Positions 14,501 through 26,206 of a stretch of DNA of 64,000 bases are shown here, piece by piece (position 1 is the first letter of the stretch; each line of letters opens with the position of its first letter). The notes under the pieces are model-generated. The model saw nothing but the letters and a program-made list of their open reading frames with translations, did not search any database and had not been told where the DNA came from. Source of the stretch: Mizuhopecten yessoensis (lineage: Eukaryota); contig NW_018480059.1 of NCBI RefSeq assembly GCF_002113885.1, forward strand, positions 674,295-738,294, read 5' to 3'. Both the position numbers and the translations under genes were made by a program.

Positions 14501-15237
14501 ATGAAGGAACGAATATGATGAAAAAATCTGTTTTGCACACTGTGCTTAAATTCATAATTAAGGTATAATTGTGTTGGTTTTTTTTATTGTGCGTAGTGAT
14601 ATGTTTCATAATAATAATATACAATAATATGCAACATTTGATATAGCGCCCTGTCTAGTTAGAATAAGCCACTCTAAAGCGCTTTATGTTCCATCAGACT
14701 GTGGTTATAAAAATATAGCCCGTTCGAATTTCATTTGAATATATGCAAATTAAGTGAATGCCGCAAGGTACAAAAGAAACCAGATTGTTAAATATCTTAT
14801 ATTGAAAGAAATTTCATAAGTAATAAGATTGGAGTATGGCCTCACCTCCAGCTCCTGTGGTTGTACAAAGTTACAGACTTTGCTGTTGACATTTTCCTCC
14901 GCCTCTATTGCCTCACTGCTCATTAGTTTATAAAATTTATCCAAGAACTCTTTCATGGAAGGGTCAGTGAAGGGTTTATCTACAAAAACAAGGAATATAC
15001 AATGAATATAAAATTTGTACAGAGCCCCTAATCTGACATGCTATTCACTTATTTTATTTTGTGTGATGGAAATATTATTTCGATTTAACGAGTTATGGTT
15101 TCGTTTTATCGAAAGAGAAATTAGTTATAAAGAAATAATATTTAGAAAAATATCAATAATAACTGTGATCTCTGTAAAAATTAAATGAGACGGACTGGTT
15201 ATGTACTTGGAGCTAGATACTCACTTATATATGCCAT
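5501..15237 (-). CDS. CSAD/GADL1-like: PLP-dependent acidic amino acid decarboxylase (cysteine sulfinic acid decarboxylase / GADL1 / aspartate decarboxylase-like), 491 aa
   Basis: 15 coding exons (transcript order): 15237-15225, 14979-14846, 14260-14167, 13318-13228, 12628-12522, 12172-12057, 11571-11437, 11100-10984, 10661-10597, 10110-10032, 9090-9009, 7090-6973, 6333-6279, 6050-5961, 5680-5501. Total 1476 nt, all GT-AG, open frame. Family motifs: [64 protein letters not shown] (PLP Lys301), [27 protein letters not shown]. The short N-terminus fits CSAD/GADL1 rather than GAD1/2. Confidence 0.93.
8569..8988. mobile_element. Degenerate MITE-like element with ~77-bp imperfect terminal inverted repeats
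   Basis: 8569-8645 (tatcaaagttttactttcaacacaa...cgtgtcgcaacgtttc...gatccctt) is the approximate reverse complement of 8912-8988. Both ends are TA. Lies in a decarboxylase intron, 20 bp from a donor site. Confidence 0.6.
9600..9990. repeat. Highly degenerate ~35-bp minisatellite
   Basis: Recurring ctgatacactatgcttggtgtaat-like units. Confidence 0.55.
14608..14690 (-). mobile_element. Isolated L2-type LINE/SINE 3' tail remnant
   Basis: ataataata...atatagcgccc...actctaaagcgcttta matches the stem-loop and tail of the L2 fragment at 42572-42647. Confidence 0.5.
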
Positions 15238-15312
15238 TGTTCGCTGGTTCTTAGTAACAGAATTAGCTATTACGTGACGATCGGTTAGCCTGAGCAGCCG
15301 AGGTGGTAGTTG

Positions 15313-15598
15313 CCTGATAATATGTCGGAACATGAAATTCGTTGACAGCCTGTAACATATGATCGTGTCCATGCATAGTAAATTGTTAAATAATCTATTG
15401 AGTAGCAAAGTTCGGAACGCTAGAGTCAAAAGGTGAATGAAGCATGATTCGGTGTCCTGATAATATATTGGAACATGAAATTCGTTGACAGCCTGTAACA
15501 TATGATCGTGTCCATGCATAGTAAATTGTTAAATAATCTATGGAGTAGCAAAGGCCGGAACGCTAGAGTCAAAAGGTGAATGAAGCATGATTCGGTGA
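15313..15598. repeat. Near-perfect 143-bp tandem duplication just upstream of the decarboxylase start codon
   Basis: Copies start at 15313 and 15456 (cctgataatat...gcatgattcggtg) with only a few substitutions. Confidence 0.9.
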
Positions 15599-15731
15599 CC
15601 TTTCTGGGATCAATATCCCAAATAACATTGATAAATAACAGTAAGTCTATCTAACAAGGAAAACAAATGTGTGTTTAGCCAAAGGCTAATCTCCGCACGG
15701 TCCTAATAAAATATGGACCATGTGGCCAACT

Positions 15732-16201
15732 ATGTTAGAATACACTGTCGTAACGTGCTAGAATACACTGTCTTAGCGTGCTAGACTACATTGTCTTAAC
15801 GTGCTAAAATAATTGTCTTAACGTGCTAGAATATATTGTCTTAACGTGTTAGAATACATTGACTTAGCGTACTAGAATGCCTTATTTTAGCGTGCTTGAA
15901 TACATTGTCTTAGCGTGCTAGATTGTCTTAACGTTCTAAAATAATTGTCTTAACGTGCTAGAATATATTGTCTTCACGTGTTAGAATACATTGTCTCAGC
16001 GTGCTAGAATACATTATTTTAGCGTGCTTGAATACATTGTTTTAGCGTGCTAGATTGTCTTAACGTGCTAAAATAATTGTCTTAACGTGCTAGGATATAT
16101 TGTCTTAACGTGCTGGAAAACATTGTCTTAACGTGCTAGAATACATTGGCTAAACGTGCTATAATACATTGTCTTCACGTGTTAGAATACATTGTCTTAA
16201 C
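15732..16201. repeat. ~23-bp minisatellite (gtgctagaatacattgtcttaac) with a 132-bp higher-order period
   Basis: About 20 monomers. The variant monomer gt(g/t)ctaaaataattgtc recurs at 15801, 15933 and 16065. Confidence 0.9.
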
Positions 16202-17326
16202 ATTGCTCATTATCAGTTGATTTTAAATGCTTACCCAGCGATGAATAAAGATAGTCGTATGTATCATTGGACTACACTACTATGTTTACACATGATATCG
16301 GCAACACGTTTGTTTAACCTCAGACCTTGTCACCTTGACACGACATCCCTGTTCTGACCTTGACTAGTCTACCCTGACGTATTTGTCAAATATCACGCTA
16401 TACAGACGTTGGCGTGAGAAATTCATAACGACTTCAGGTATATAATCTGTCGCAGCGTCATATATTATTTCCTTTTACATGCTAATTTTTCTAAAATTGA
16501 ATAATATAAATTAGGTAACCATTTTCTTATAGCTGTGCTGTCGTGTTCACCGAGTGAAATAATACACAACAGACTGTTAGTGCATAACAGTCTTTGCCGG
16601 CGTGGCATATTATGATAAAGGACCTATAGCGTTGTAAAATCAAATCAGCAAAGCTAAATGTGTTCATCACGGTTTTCTAGATCTTCGAGCTTATATTAAA
16701 ATAAACCGATACAAAATTATTCATATATGTAACTTAATATGTCCCGTTGTAAGGGACTTACTTACGTACGCACAGATCGTCGGCAAGTCGGCGATAGTCT
16801 GCTGTTTATGCTCTGTATTTAGGTCAGTGAGTATGGAAGACTGTTAGTATCACATATCTCTAAGGAATATCACGGAGACAGGAATAGCCACATCAACTCA
16901 AATGATGACGCTCAGCGATATGACGATCAATATTCTATGTACAGTAAAATCTCGTTATACTGTCGTTATATCCCCAAGAAATTTTGACGTTATAAGGGAA
17001 TTCGGCGATAAATTGAGGACATCGTATATGTATGATTGACAAATGAAAAAGGCATTATATCGAGGTTACTCAGTACTCAGTTACCAAGCACATGGTGGAG
17101 AATCCAAATTGGACATAATGTGAAGTTAAATAACTTTAAGTGTGGTTTTGAACCCGGCACTTACCGGTTGAGTCGTATTTTTATTTCATTAACGTGTGTC
17201 GGATGTCAGGCAGATGTTTACCACGTTTTGTTTCTTGAATGACTTTCTGACCCGTGTTGCATGTATCGTACTAATGTTAATGTGATGACTGGAGTGACTT
17301 ATTTGTAAATTGATCAACTCACCACT

Positions 17327-17975
17327 ATGATTCCGGATAAAGTGTTGCACATTTTAAAAACGTACGATTTGGACGTCGCTAATTTAGACTGTTATTTTGT
17401 TTTGATTGAGAACACGGACAGTGTTTCCCTTACATTAAAATGGACAAAAGTAAGCATGCCATATTTTAAAGCAAACGTCAATACTTCAAAAGCGAGTGAC
17501 AGTGTGCAGGCACCTTTTGTTCAAGCTATCGGGAAGCACAGGTCGCCGTCCCAACTCCAGTATGACAGGAAATGAAGGAGGGAGTGGAAGCAGATGAAAA
17601 TGTCTTCCCATGAAGAAGTAACAGATGTCTCTTGATCATTTATCACATCCTCGAGGATCTACTGGTGAGTCGCCCATACAACATGAAGATAACCATTTTT
17701 ATACTACTGTGAATGTGGAACCAGTTTGTGAGAAACTTGATGCAAAACCAAAGGTTCAACATCAACAGCACACTACTTTTAACCCAGTGCTATATAATGC
17801 TATTGTTAATCATGTATCGTCTCATTCTGTGCCGTCTCCGGGACCACGTTTTGTAGCTGTTAGGTCAGTGCCGACATCAGTCCCTGAAGCATGTGTTTCT
17901 ATCGACAGCAAGGACATGCTAGCATTTTTAATAGGAAAAAGAAATGATCTTCCTCAGAATCTTGTGTATAAGTAG
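17327..17975 (+). pseudogene. Eroded intronless ORF, probably transposon-derived
   Basis: MIPDKVLHIL...KHRSPSQLQYDRK*RREWKQ continues through one stop. A second ORF (17625-17975) follows in a shifted frame. Coding-like composition, but no family can be assigned. Confidence 0.3.
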
Positions 17976-18856
17976 ACATTATCATTCATTGCACACTTTT
18001 ATTAGCATAATGATATGTGAATCCTACATCATGACATTATAGATAATGGTTATTTATTTTTGATGGACTTCGTTCCCCAATGAAGCATATAGTTACCTAG
18101 ATCAACCATTAGCATTTCATTATATCAGGCTTTTTTTGGCTCAAACAGAACTTTACCACATCCCATTACTACATTGTTGTGTTACTAGTATTGTGAAATT
18201 AACTGTCAGTGCTGCACGTTTGCTAATTTTTTATAACTATTCAATCATCTTGATTTCAATGATTGGTTTTTTGGTACACATGTGTAACTGTTACAAGTAG
18301 TTGTCACTGTGTACACGAAACTGTATGTAAATTGTACAATCAGTTTATGTTTTGCCTATTTCAAATTAGAAAAAAATGATCCCAGGATAGAACTAGAATA
18401 TGTTATAAAGAAATATCATTCTGTAAATTCAATTGATGGTTGTGAAAGAAAAAATAACGGGTCTATTTTTGTTTTGCTGGGGGGATGTTATATACTTGGT
18501 ATATATCATATTTTCTCTCATTTCCCTGTTGTAAGATAGATCTGTCCAGGGTTAGAAAGGAGTGTAGGAAATTACTATTTTGCACTCCATTTCACGTGAC
18601 GTGACGAATTCGGAACTCTCCGATGCCGCAATGCGAAAGGCGACGTCATGAAATTAAAACCTTTTATAATATATTTACCGTACATGTTAGAAAGATGTGA
18701 TTGAATGTTCTGCTCCAAACACTGTTTGCTCATATGGGATAATTCGCTTTTGTCTAAACAGCTCAGGGAAAAATGATATTTTCAAAAATGGGGGCCAGTC
18801 CAAACGCATTTTCATGGTTTCTGAGCTTATTCTGGAGATTGGAATTAGAGAAAAAT

Positions 18857-19007
18857 ACTCTTTCGTGCCCAAGGGGGTAGGACAAGGAAATTCCACCCTC
18901 GGGATTTTCAAATTTGGCAAAACCCGAGGCGAAGCCTCGGTTTTTACCAAATTTGAAAATCCCTCGGTTGCAATTTCCTTATCCTACATCCCTGGTGATG
19001 AAAGAGT
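18857..19007. repeat. ~150-bp imperfect palindrome centred on cgaggc-gaa-gcctcg, probably the core of a non-autonomous DNA element
   Basis: Arms gtaggacaaggaaattccaccctcgggattttcaaatttggcaaaacccgaggc and gcctcggtttttaccaaatttgaaaatccctcggttgcaatttccttatcctac, with the loop at 18931-18933. Confidence 0.7.
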
Positions 19008-22000
19008 CTTATGATGCCTTTTAATAGAATATCCGGAATTGACCGTTTTGTGAATTATGGTATTCCGTCTCCGTAAATTATGTCTATGTTTTGCTGTGGA
19101 CTTCCTGTTTCCGGAAATAAAATGAAAAGTTGAAGAGTGAAGCTGTTTCGATTCATTTCTTAATAATCCTCTTATATCGAAAACCTAGTACAAAGGATAT
19201 TATATCAATTGTTTAACCTAGATGAAATCAGACGGCATCAACAATGCAGAAGAGCAGAGTTTTTGTTTAGTTATCACACAACAGTTTACATACGTAACTT
19301 TCAAAATTACTGACCATGAGTACTTATTTATATTTAAATATTTTGATGATTTTTGACCTCTTTGATATTTGTAAATGGAGAGAGAAAATCATAAAATAGG
19401 AAAAAGTCGTCTAATTTGAATGCCAAAGGCTTTGTTTAATGTATTTTATTTAATAATGTCACTTTGATCTTAGATTTGAGAAGGTCTGTGTGTATTTTGT
19501 GTTTAAAATTTTTTATAAAAGGTTTTATTCTGATACATATCAGGTGTAACATGTAAATACAATGCAATTAAAAGGACTAATAATATTAAATATATAATGC
19601 AGAGGCTATTTTGAGAATGGGTTAAAGCAAACAATGACCAAGAAATTGTGGATTGATTGGAACAAATGGAAAAGCATATGTGTGTTTATGTATTTGCGAT
19701 GTTGAAAGAAATTAAACATCATCATTTAATCCATATGGACTTTTAATAAAATAAGTAAAGACGTTTTCAAACAGGTAAATTTCGCTTTCAAACATAACCC
19801 TGGCAGTTATTTTTCCCCTTTTGTTCAGTCTATAAATAAATCACGCACAACCTATGGCAGAATGAGACCTGTACATATGACATTTATGAAAAATCTGTCA
19901 GTTTCTTCTTGAGAATGGCGAAACCAAGCTTAAACTTTCCAATCAAAGATGGTTTTGGATGAATATAATAATTTTTGGTTTCCATTGTATAAGAATATAA
20001 AAATATGTCTTTTAAAGCTTGAAATATTTAGTTCGGTATACAAATATGGCTTACCTTACCGAAATAGCCTTCAAAATTATTTTTTATTTTATTTTTTTAT
20101 ATTAATATTCATATCAACGAAAAGCAAACAAATATAGCATGGGCTTCATCTTGCAGGGAAATCATATCAGGTGGGGCGAGAATTGTAATGTATTTAAGAT
20201 GTATATGTAAAACACACTTAACAAATCAGTAATCAATCTCGGTATGTAGATTTGATCGAAGGCAAATATCAAGCGATATCAGAAGAGTATCTTTGCCCAA
20301 TCTTTCAGCTTGATATGTGATACATTAACGGGTGAGATATATGTAGGACTATAATCTGTCGAAGTGCTATACATACATACGGGACACGTCTTAAAGCTTC
20401 GTTAATGTTTCGAGGCCATTTTTTCACACATCAATCTCCAACTTGGTTTCGAGGTGTTTTATTGCCAAAAAGGATCACATATTCTGATTTCGCTTAATTT
20501 CATGGTCATTTTCAATATGAAGACGCCTCGATATCTGTAGAAGTCTATGTACACAAGTGACACGCCGTGGATCATAAAAAGAAGTTATAATTACTCATTT
20601 TGTTCCCTTTTAGGTATCTGAATATTTGTATATACTTATTCCTAGTCATGAAACTAGCAAATCTATTAATGTTGAAGGCTGATTTAGTATTGAAAAGGAA
20701 GTATCTGACTATGCTTCATTAAAAGTGCAGATCCATACAAACATGTGACACGACGTTTGTCGTAAATATTGAATATCATATGATACGTGTAAATGAGTTC
20801 GCCTGAAGCAGCCAAAGAAGGCAGAGACGCCTAGCGGTCAGTCGTGTTTTTTTTTGTTTTGTTTTTATTTTGTTCTTATCATTTTTTATATATATATTTA
20901 AAGAAACTTTTGTCATTTTATTTTTCAATTGAGGAGAAACTTAGAAACTCTTGTCGGTTTTTTTTTTTTTTTATACCAGGGAGTTACTAAGAACCTTGTT
21001 ATAACATTTGTTTTTATATATATACATATGTGATAATTAAGATTAAATATCCATGTGGAGTAGTTTTTTTTCATCTTTACTGTTCTCTTTATATATCAAA
21101 GTGAAACTAAGTGAACATGTGTAGTATAGTTTTATCAATAATATACCTTGTGATGTCGCTTACTTTAGTTAGTATTTTCAAAGATATAAACAGATCATCA
21201 GGTTCAGCAGGCCACAGCTCGTGGGAATGGACAAAGAACATGATTTCTTCTTAATACACCTTTTGCTATCGATCTCCATTTTTTATGGTGTCAATGTTGT
21301 TTATAGTAACACGATCAAACATAAAGTGAATATTCCATCTCCAGCATTTCCAACCTTTTTTCCCGATTAGAAATGTAAATGAGGCTCAGCAGATACCCTT
21401 TATGTTGCAAGGAGATTCCAGAAACGCTTTTCATGAAATGAAAATTGAATGTTCGAATGTCTCACGAAGAGGAAATAACTTCTAATACCTTAGTTATACA
21501 TCAAAGTTCGATTTCAGACAGGTTTTGTAACTATATTAATACGTAAAGTACATGTTTACAAGCATCATGTAGAAAAAAGGATAACAAACAGTATCTCCAT
21601 ATTCTGAATGTGTATACAATAAGAAATTTGGAAATAAATAAGAAAGAAGTAATAATTCCGCGCTTAATTTGAAATTAATGCTTGGGAGACGATATTCCGC
21701 CCACAATACTAAGGTAGTGCTGCTCGGGTATTTGAAGCGATTTCATTCTCATTAGTGACAAGAAATATTTCAGAATCGATTGATACTGGTTTCCACACAC
21801 AATTGAGTTTGTCTTTTTATTTTGCAGTAACAATGTCTTTTTTTACACCTTTCGCACTAGAAAACGTAATGGGAAAATGTACGTAAGAAAGCTAACCGAT
21901 GGTAAGTACTGATAGAGAGAATATAGTAAAAGGCACAAACCTTAACAAGATAAGCCTTTAGACCGATATCAGGGTATTCGATATAACCAAGTCGACCTAC

Positions 22001-23347
22001 ATAAACACGAACTGCCAGGCGATTTGATATAAACTTCGAGTGAACGTGGTGTTCCTACTCACGATAACCTATTATAAAATCATAGCTGCTTTTCTTCTAC
22101 ATCTTTATTCAGTTGATATCTTGATCTCATGTGATTTTATTCATGATCGCCTCACGATCAACACGAACAGTTCTAAATCTAAAAGCATACTGAAAGCGGT
22201 ATATATATGGTAACCATGTTGACTAGGGTTTTGCTCGAATAACACGGTAACCAAGTTTCAAACGAATTAACAAGAACCTAATTAAAACCTCAGTTGACAT
22301 TCCTGTTAGTACTCACAAATTGTATTGTAAAAGTTGCACTTTACTCCACATTATCTCTATGTCAAATCGAGTCTCGACATAAAACAAATAAGATGAAATA
22401 TAGGAGTCAAACCCTCCCTTTTACCTCAGTTGAAACGGCTTAACTTACCTTATCAATGTTTATTTCATTCCCGTTATCGACCTTTTTAAGCAGTCATCTT
22501 CATTTTTCTTGATACTATCTTTAAAGGCAGGAAACTGCCTAACGATAGACGGCAATTTAATTGTATTTCCATACGTCTCGGCATATAATATTGGTCAGTT
22601 ATATGCCATTACCTTCAGTAAAAAAATGTCTACTTCACAAGATAAAAAGTAGGATTCTCTGTGACTAGAAGTGCTGAGCAGTACATGCTCACGCTACTTT
22701 ACGTTCCTTTATAAATGGTGCAACTTTTGTAATGAAAACTATTAAAATACAATAATAGTTCTTCTGTGGCCTCAAAATCAATTCAAATAAACATTTCCGT
22801 TATTTTTTAGAATAAAAAGTCGCCAAAGTGATGTTTTAAATCTTAATTCCATTCTGAATGTAGGCGTTAATGTCTTAGATTTCAAGTGATAATTCCGGAC
22901 GCTGATGAGTTCACTGCCAAGACCATCCGGTATCCCGTTTTGTTGTAGTTCGATGTATTAGAACATCTAGGATTGGGTAATCAAAGAAATGCAAATTTTG
23001 AAACGAATGGTGAATCGTGTACACTTAAATCAATACCAGGATTTAGATTTGGTAAAATATATCAACATCGATATATCCTTCCTTATTTTGTAAATCACAT
23101 ATAAAATGCAGCAGGGTATATATGCTGTTTTCATGCAAGACATTTCGCAAGGACAGTCTCGTATAAAATGGTACATTGGTATGATAACGTTCTGTGTATA
23201 TCTCCCGGATACATTTTAATTCAGCTGTTAAGTAGGTTGACCCCAAAAACAGGAAACATGTACAGATTATATGTGATTCACTTTAATATGTAAAGGATTT
23301 TTGCAGCTATGAACATAATAACACCAACACATATCAACTTAATAAAA

Positions 23348-23353
23348 TTTATT
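23348..23353 (-). promoter_or_regulatory. Probable distal polyadenylation signal of collagen B (proximal alternative at 23922-23927)
   Basis: AATAAA on the minus strand about 830 nt after the stop codon. Confidence 0.4.
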
Positions 23354-24185
23354 TTGTTCCCCGTTAGCTACTGTTTAGTGTTTGAAATGACGTCGCATAA
23401 AAAAATTGATGATAATGATGAAAATATGAGAGGTAGAAAAATATAGTATGTGAGTTTTGACCCTAATTAGAATTTAAATAATGACACTTTCATAGAGTGC
23501 CAATATTACACCAACACAGTAGTAATATATTGTTAACACCTCCTGAGGCAAGAAGTGTTTTATCCCTTTACATATACATGTATTTGTATAATTCCCTGTT
23601 TATAAATCTAAACAGGAATCACATTGTATTCCCCTATAAATATGCATAGACAGGAAGGAAAGACGATGAAACAGTGATAGTTACATATGGACGGATGTGA
23701 TAAGGTTATCTCCCTTTATCAGAAAAAGAGAACATATAACATGGTTTATCAAATTGCTATGGTTGCCCTTATTATATTCCAATTTGCCATGAATTTGAAT
23801 TTTCGTAAATATGTCAAATGATATTAACCGACTATGTGTTCTCTTGTTCTTAAATGAATAAGTATCACCAATTCAGCACGTATTCACTCATTTGCTCATA
23901 TTTACACACATTTGCTCATATTTTATTTCTTCCGAAGAAAAAATGGTCCCGTATTATTTCACTTTTGTTACCCATTGTTCTTCAATGGAGATGTTAAGTA
24001 GGTATCGCCATGATTTACCATAGTGTTTCGAGACTCAGTATTATGTATCACACCATCTATCTGGAGATGGTCTATATTCGATTTGTATACCAAATGTGTA
24101 GATTCTGCCACGATTTCAAGTACCAAACGTCTGCCATGATTTCAAGCAAAAGTTTAAAAGAATGAAATTTGATTTATCAATTTAA

Positions 24186-26206
24186 TTAGTTCTTTCTGAA
24201 GCAAACTTCGCCTAATTCTATTTTAAACTCCTTATTGCTACCGGTAATATCATTTGCATTAATGTCTACATCTACTATTGGCAGTGCCGAAGCCCTCCTT
24301 GACACAAAGCTGAATACCTTCCTTCCCCATTGGCCGGGTATCTGCAAAAACAGACAATATCAGTGATTAGTTTATAACGTTCAATTAAAAGAAATACTTC
24401 ACAATATTTTAAAAAGAAATTATACAATTTCGTTTAAATTATGAAAAGTCAATCATTTATTAAATGATACAAAAACAATTATCAAATGATTTAGGATGTT
24501 TCGTATATTAGTAACTTGAAAGAATTATGTAACAATTTAAAACTTTATAGAAACAATTGTATTGAAACTATTCATATCAATTTGTCTTTATTTTTACCGT
24601 GAGGCTATTTTTAATCATGTGATAAAATTACTAACATTGCAGTTATCCTCGTCTATCTTAACATCAACATGGCGGGGCTTAGCACCGTTAGGCTTGTTGG
24701 CCATGACATCAATGCCTTGGAAGGTTTCAAAGGAGGTGGTGGCGAGGTGTATATCGTGATTTAGACACTTGTATGTAATAGTTTGTCGTGCTTCCTCACT
24801 GGCCAATTGTAAACTACTGAGCTGCGTATTATCGGCTTTGTAATAGAACTGGAAATAAACATAGAAAAAGAAAAGAATATTATACAGTCTATACTTTTTT
24901 TTTATTGAAATTCAAAGTTATCCGTGTTCTTAATGCGAAAAGCTGAAATAACTGATCAACATTCAAACACTGGGTATACATGTATCCGTTTTCGATTTAT
25001 GATAACCAAATGCATGAGAACTTTAATACAATCTAACCTGGTTCAAACACTTCATATGGTATTAACATGTGTAATAGAAGACAATAAAATTCAATCAAAA
25101 ATGAATGTTGGTTAATTTTTTATGTTTTGATTTGTTCTAAGATCATCCGACATATGTTGAAAGGAATGACGAGAATCATTGTTGATATAAATTGATTTGC
25201 TTACCTCTTTTATGCTATCAATGAATGATTCAACGGTATCCCATGTTAACTGTAATAGCAATATATGAATAAGGTAAAATCAAATCTCGGAGGATTCAAC
25301 AACCGTTGCCGTTTATTTTTTGCACCAGTAGATTTAGTATTTATCACTGCCGTAAATTACAGATATTGTATGTTTTTGCAAGTCACTTTGTGTTTTTATG
25401 ATTCATTATGTAATAAAACACTGCTACTAAAACAAACATTTATTACTTAAAAAAAACCCACCATGATATAACAAAATGAACATACAGTTGCAGATATTAT
25501 TATGTTGTAACAGGGAAAAACTTACGCTAGAAGGACAGTTTAAAAATTGTTTATATATAAATACCTCATTAATTCCCGGTGTTATACATGTCTCTCTCTC
25601 CTCAAACCTACAGTATGCTCTGATTGCGTTATTAATCTCCATACCATCGGGGTCGATCATGAAAAACCCTTGAAATACAAAATGAAAACAAATGAAAAAT
25701 TATAAGCGATGAAGTGAATGTTTGAGATTAAGCTTGGTTTCTTCAATGTCCACATACGCAGAAGGAAACATGATTCGAACTCAAAAAATATAAAACTTGG
25801 TAAAATATAAGTCACGGAAATAATAAAACAAGATGTGATGGAAAGGTAGGCGTTTTATATTTTATATACGTTCTCAAAATAAGAATCGGGAGTTATGACA
25901 ACAAAACCACTAGTAAGCATAATAAAAAACGTCGATATTCATGTCGCATGAAAATAAAATATATCTTAATGAGACAATGTATATTTATAATGGAATACAT
26001 TTGTTTAGACAGGTTTTGGTTAATTTGGGTCTGAATTAAGTGCCCGTTTGTCTATTCTAACCGTTTTTGAGTTGTGCTCTAGCCTCTTCAGTCTGAGTAT
26101 CATATAATTGGGCGCAATCTCGGGCAGGTGCATCCTTGGATCCGTCTGGTACAACTAAACGGGAGATGGAATCCTGTAAGCTTGTCAGGAATTTCGATGG
26201 GAGTGC
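24186..26206 (-). other. COLFI C-propeptide coding region of collagen B
   Basis: [12 protein letters not shown]...GFFMIDPDG...AIRAYCRF...ETCI...[20 protein letters not shown]...DNC...WG...ALPIVDV...ELGEVCF. Confidence 0.93.

Noticed and set aside
5501-15237. Calling the decarboxylase GAD1/GAD2
   Set aside because: It lacks the long N-terminal extension and the NQLS...NMF residues of true glutamate decarboxylases.
16939-17020. Tc1/mariner-like MITE ends (also ~36285-36556, ~48700-48830, ~49990-50150)
   Set aside because: Too degenerate to define both termini or a TSD by eye.
22894-22930. ccgga...CTGATGAG...tccgg hammerhead candidate
   Set aside because: It lacks the GAAA core and stems II and III.
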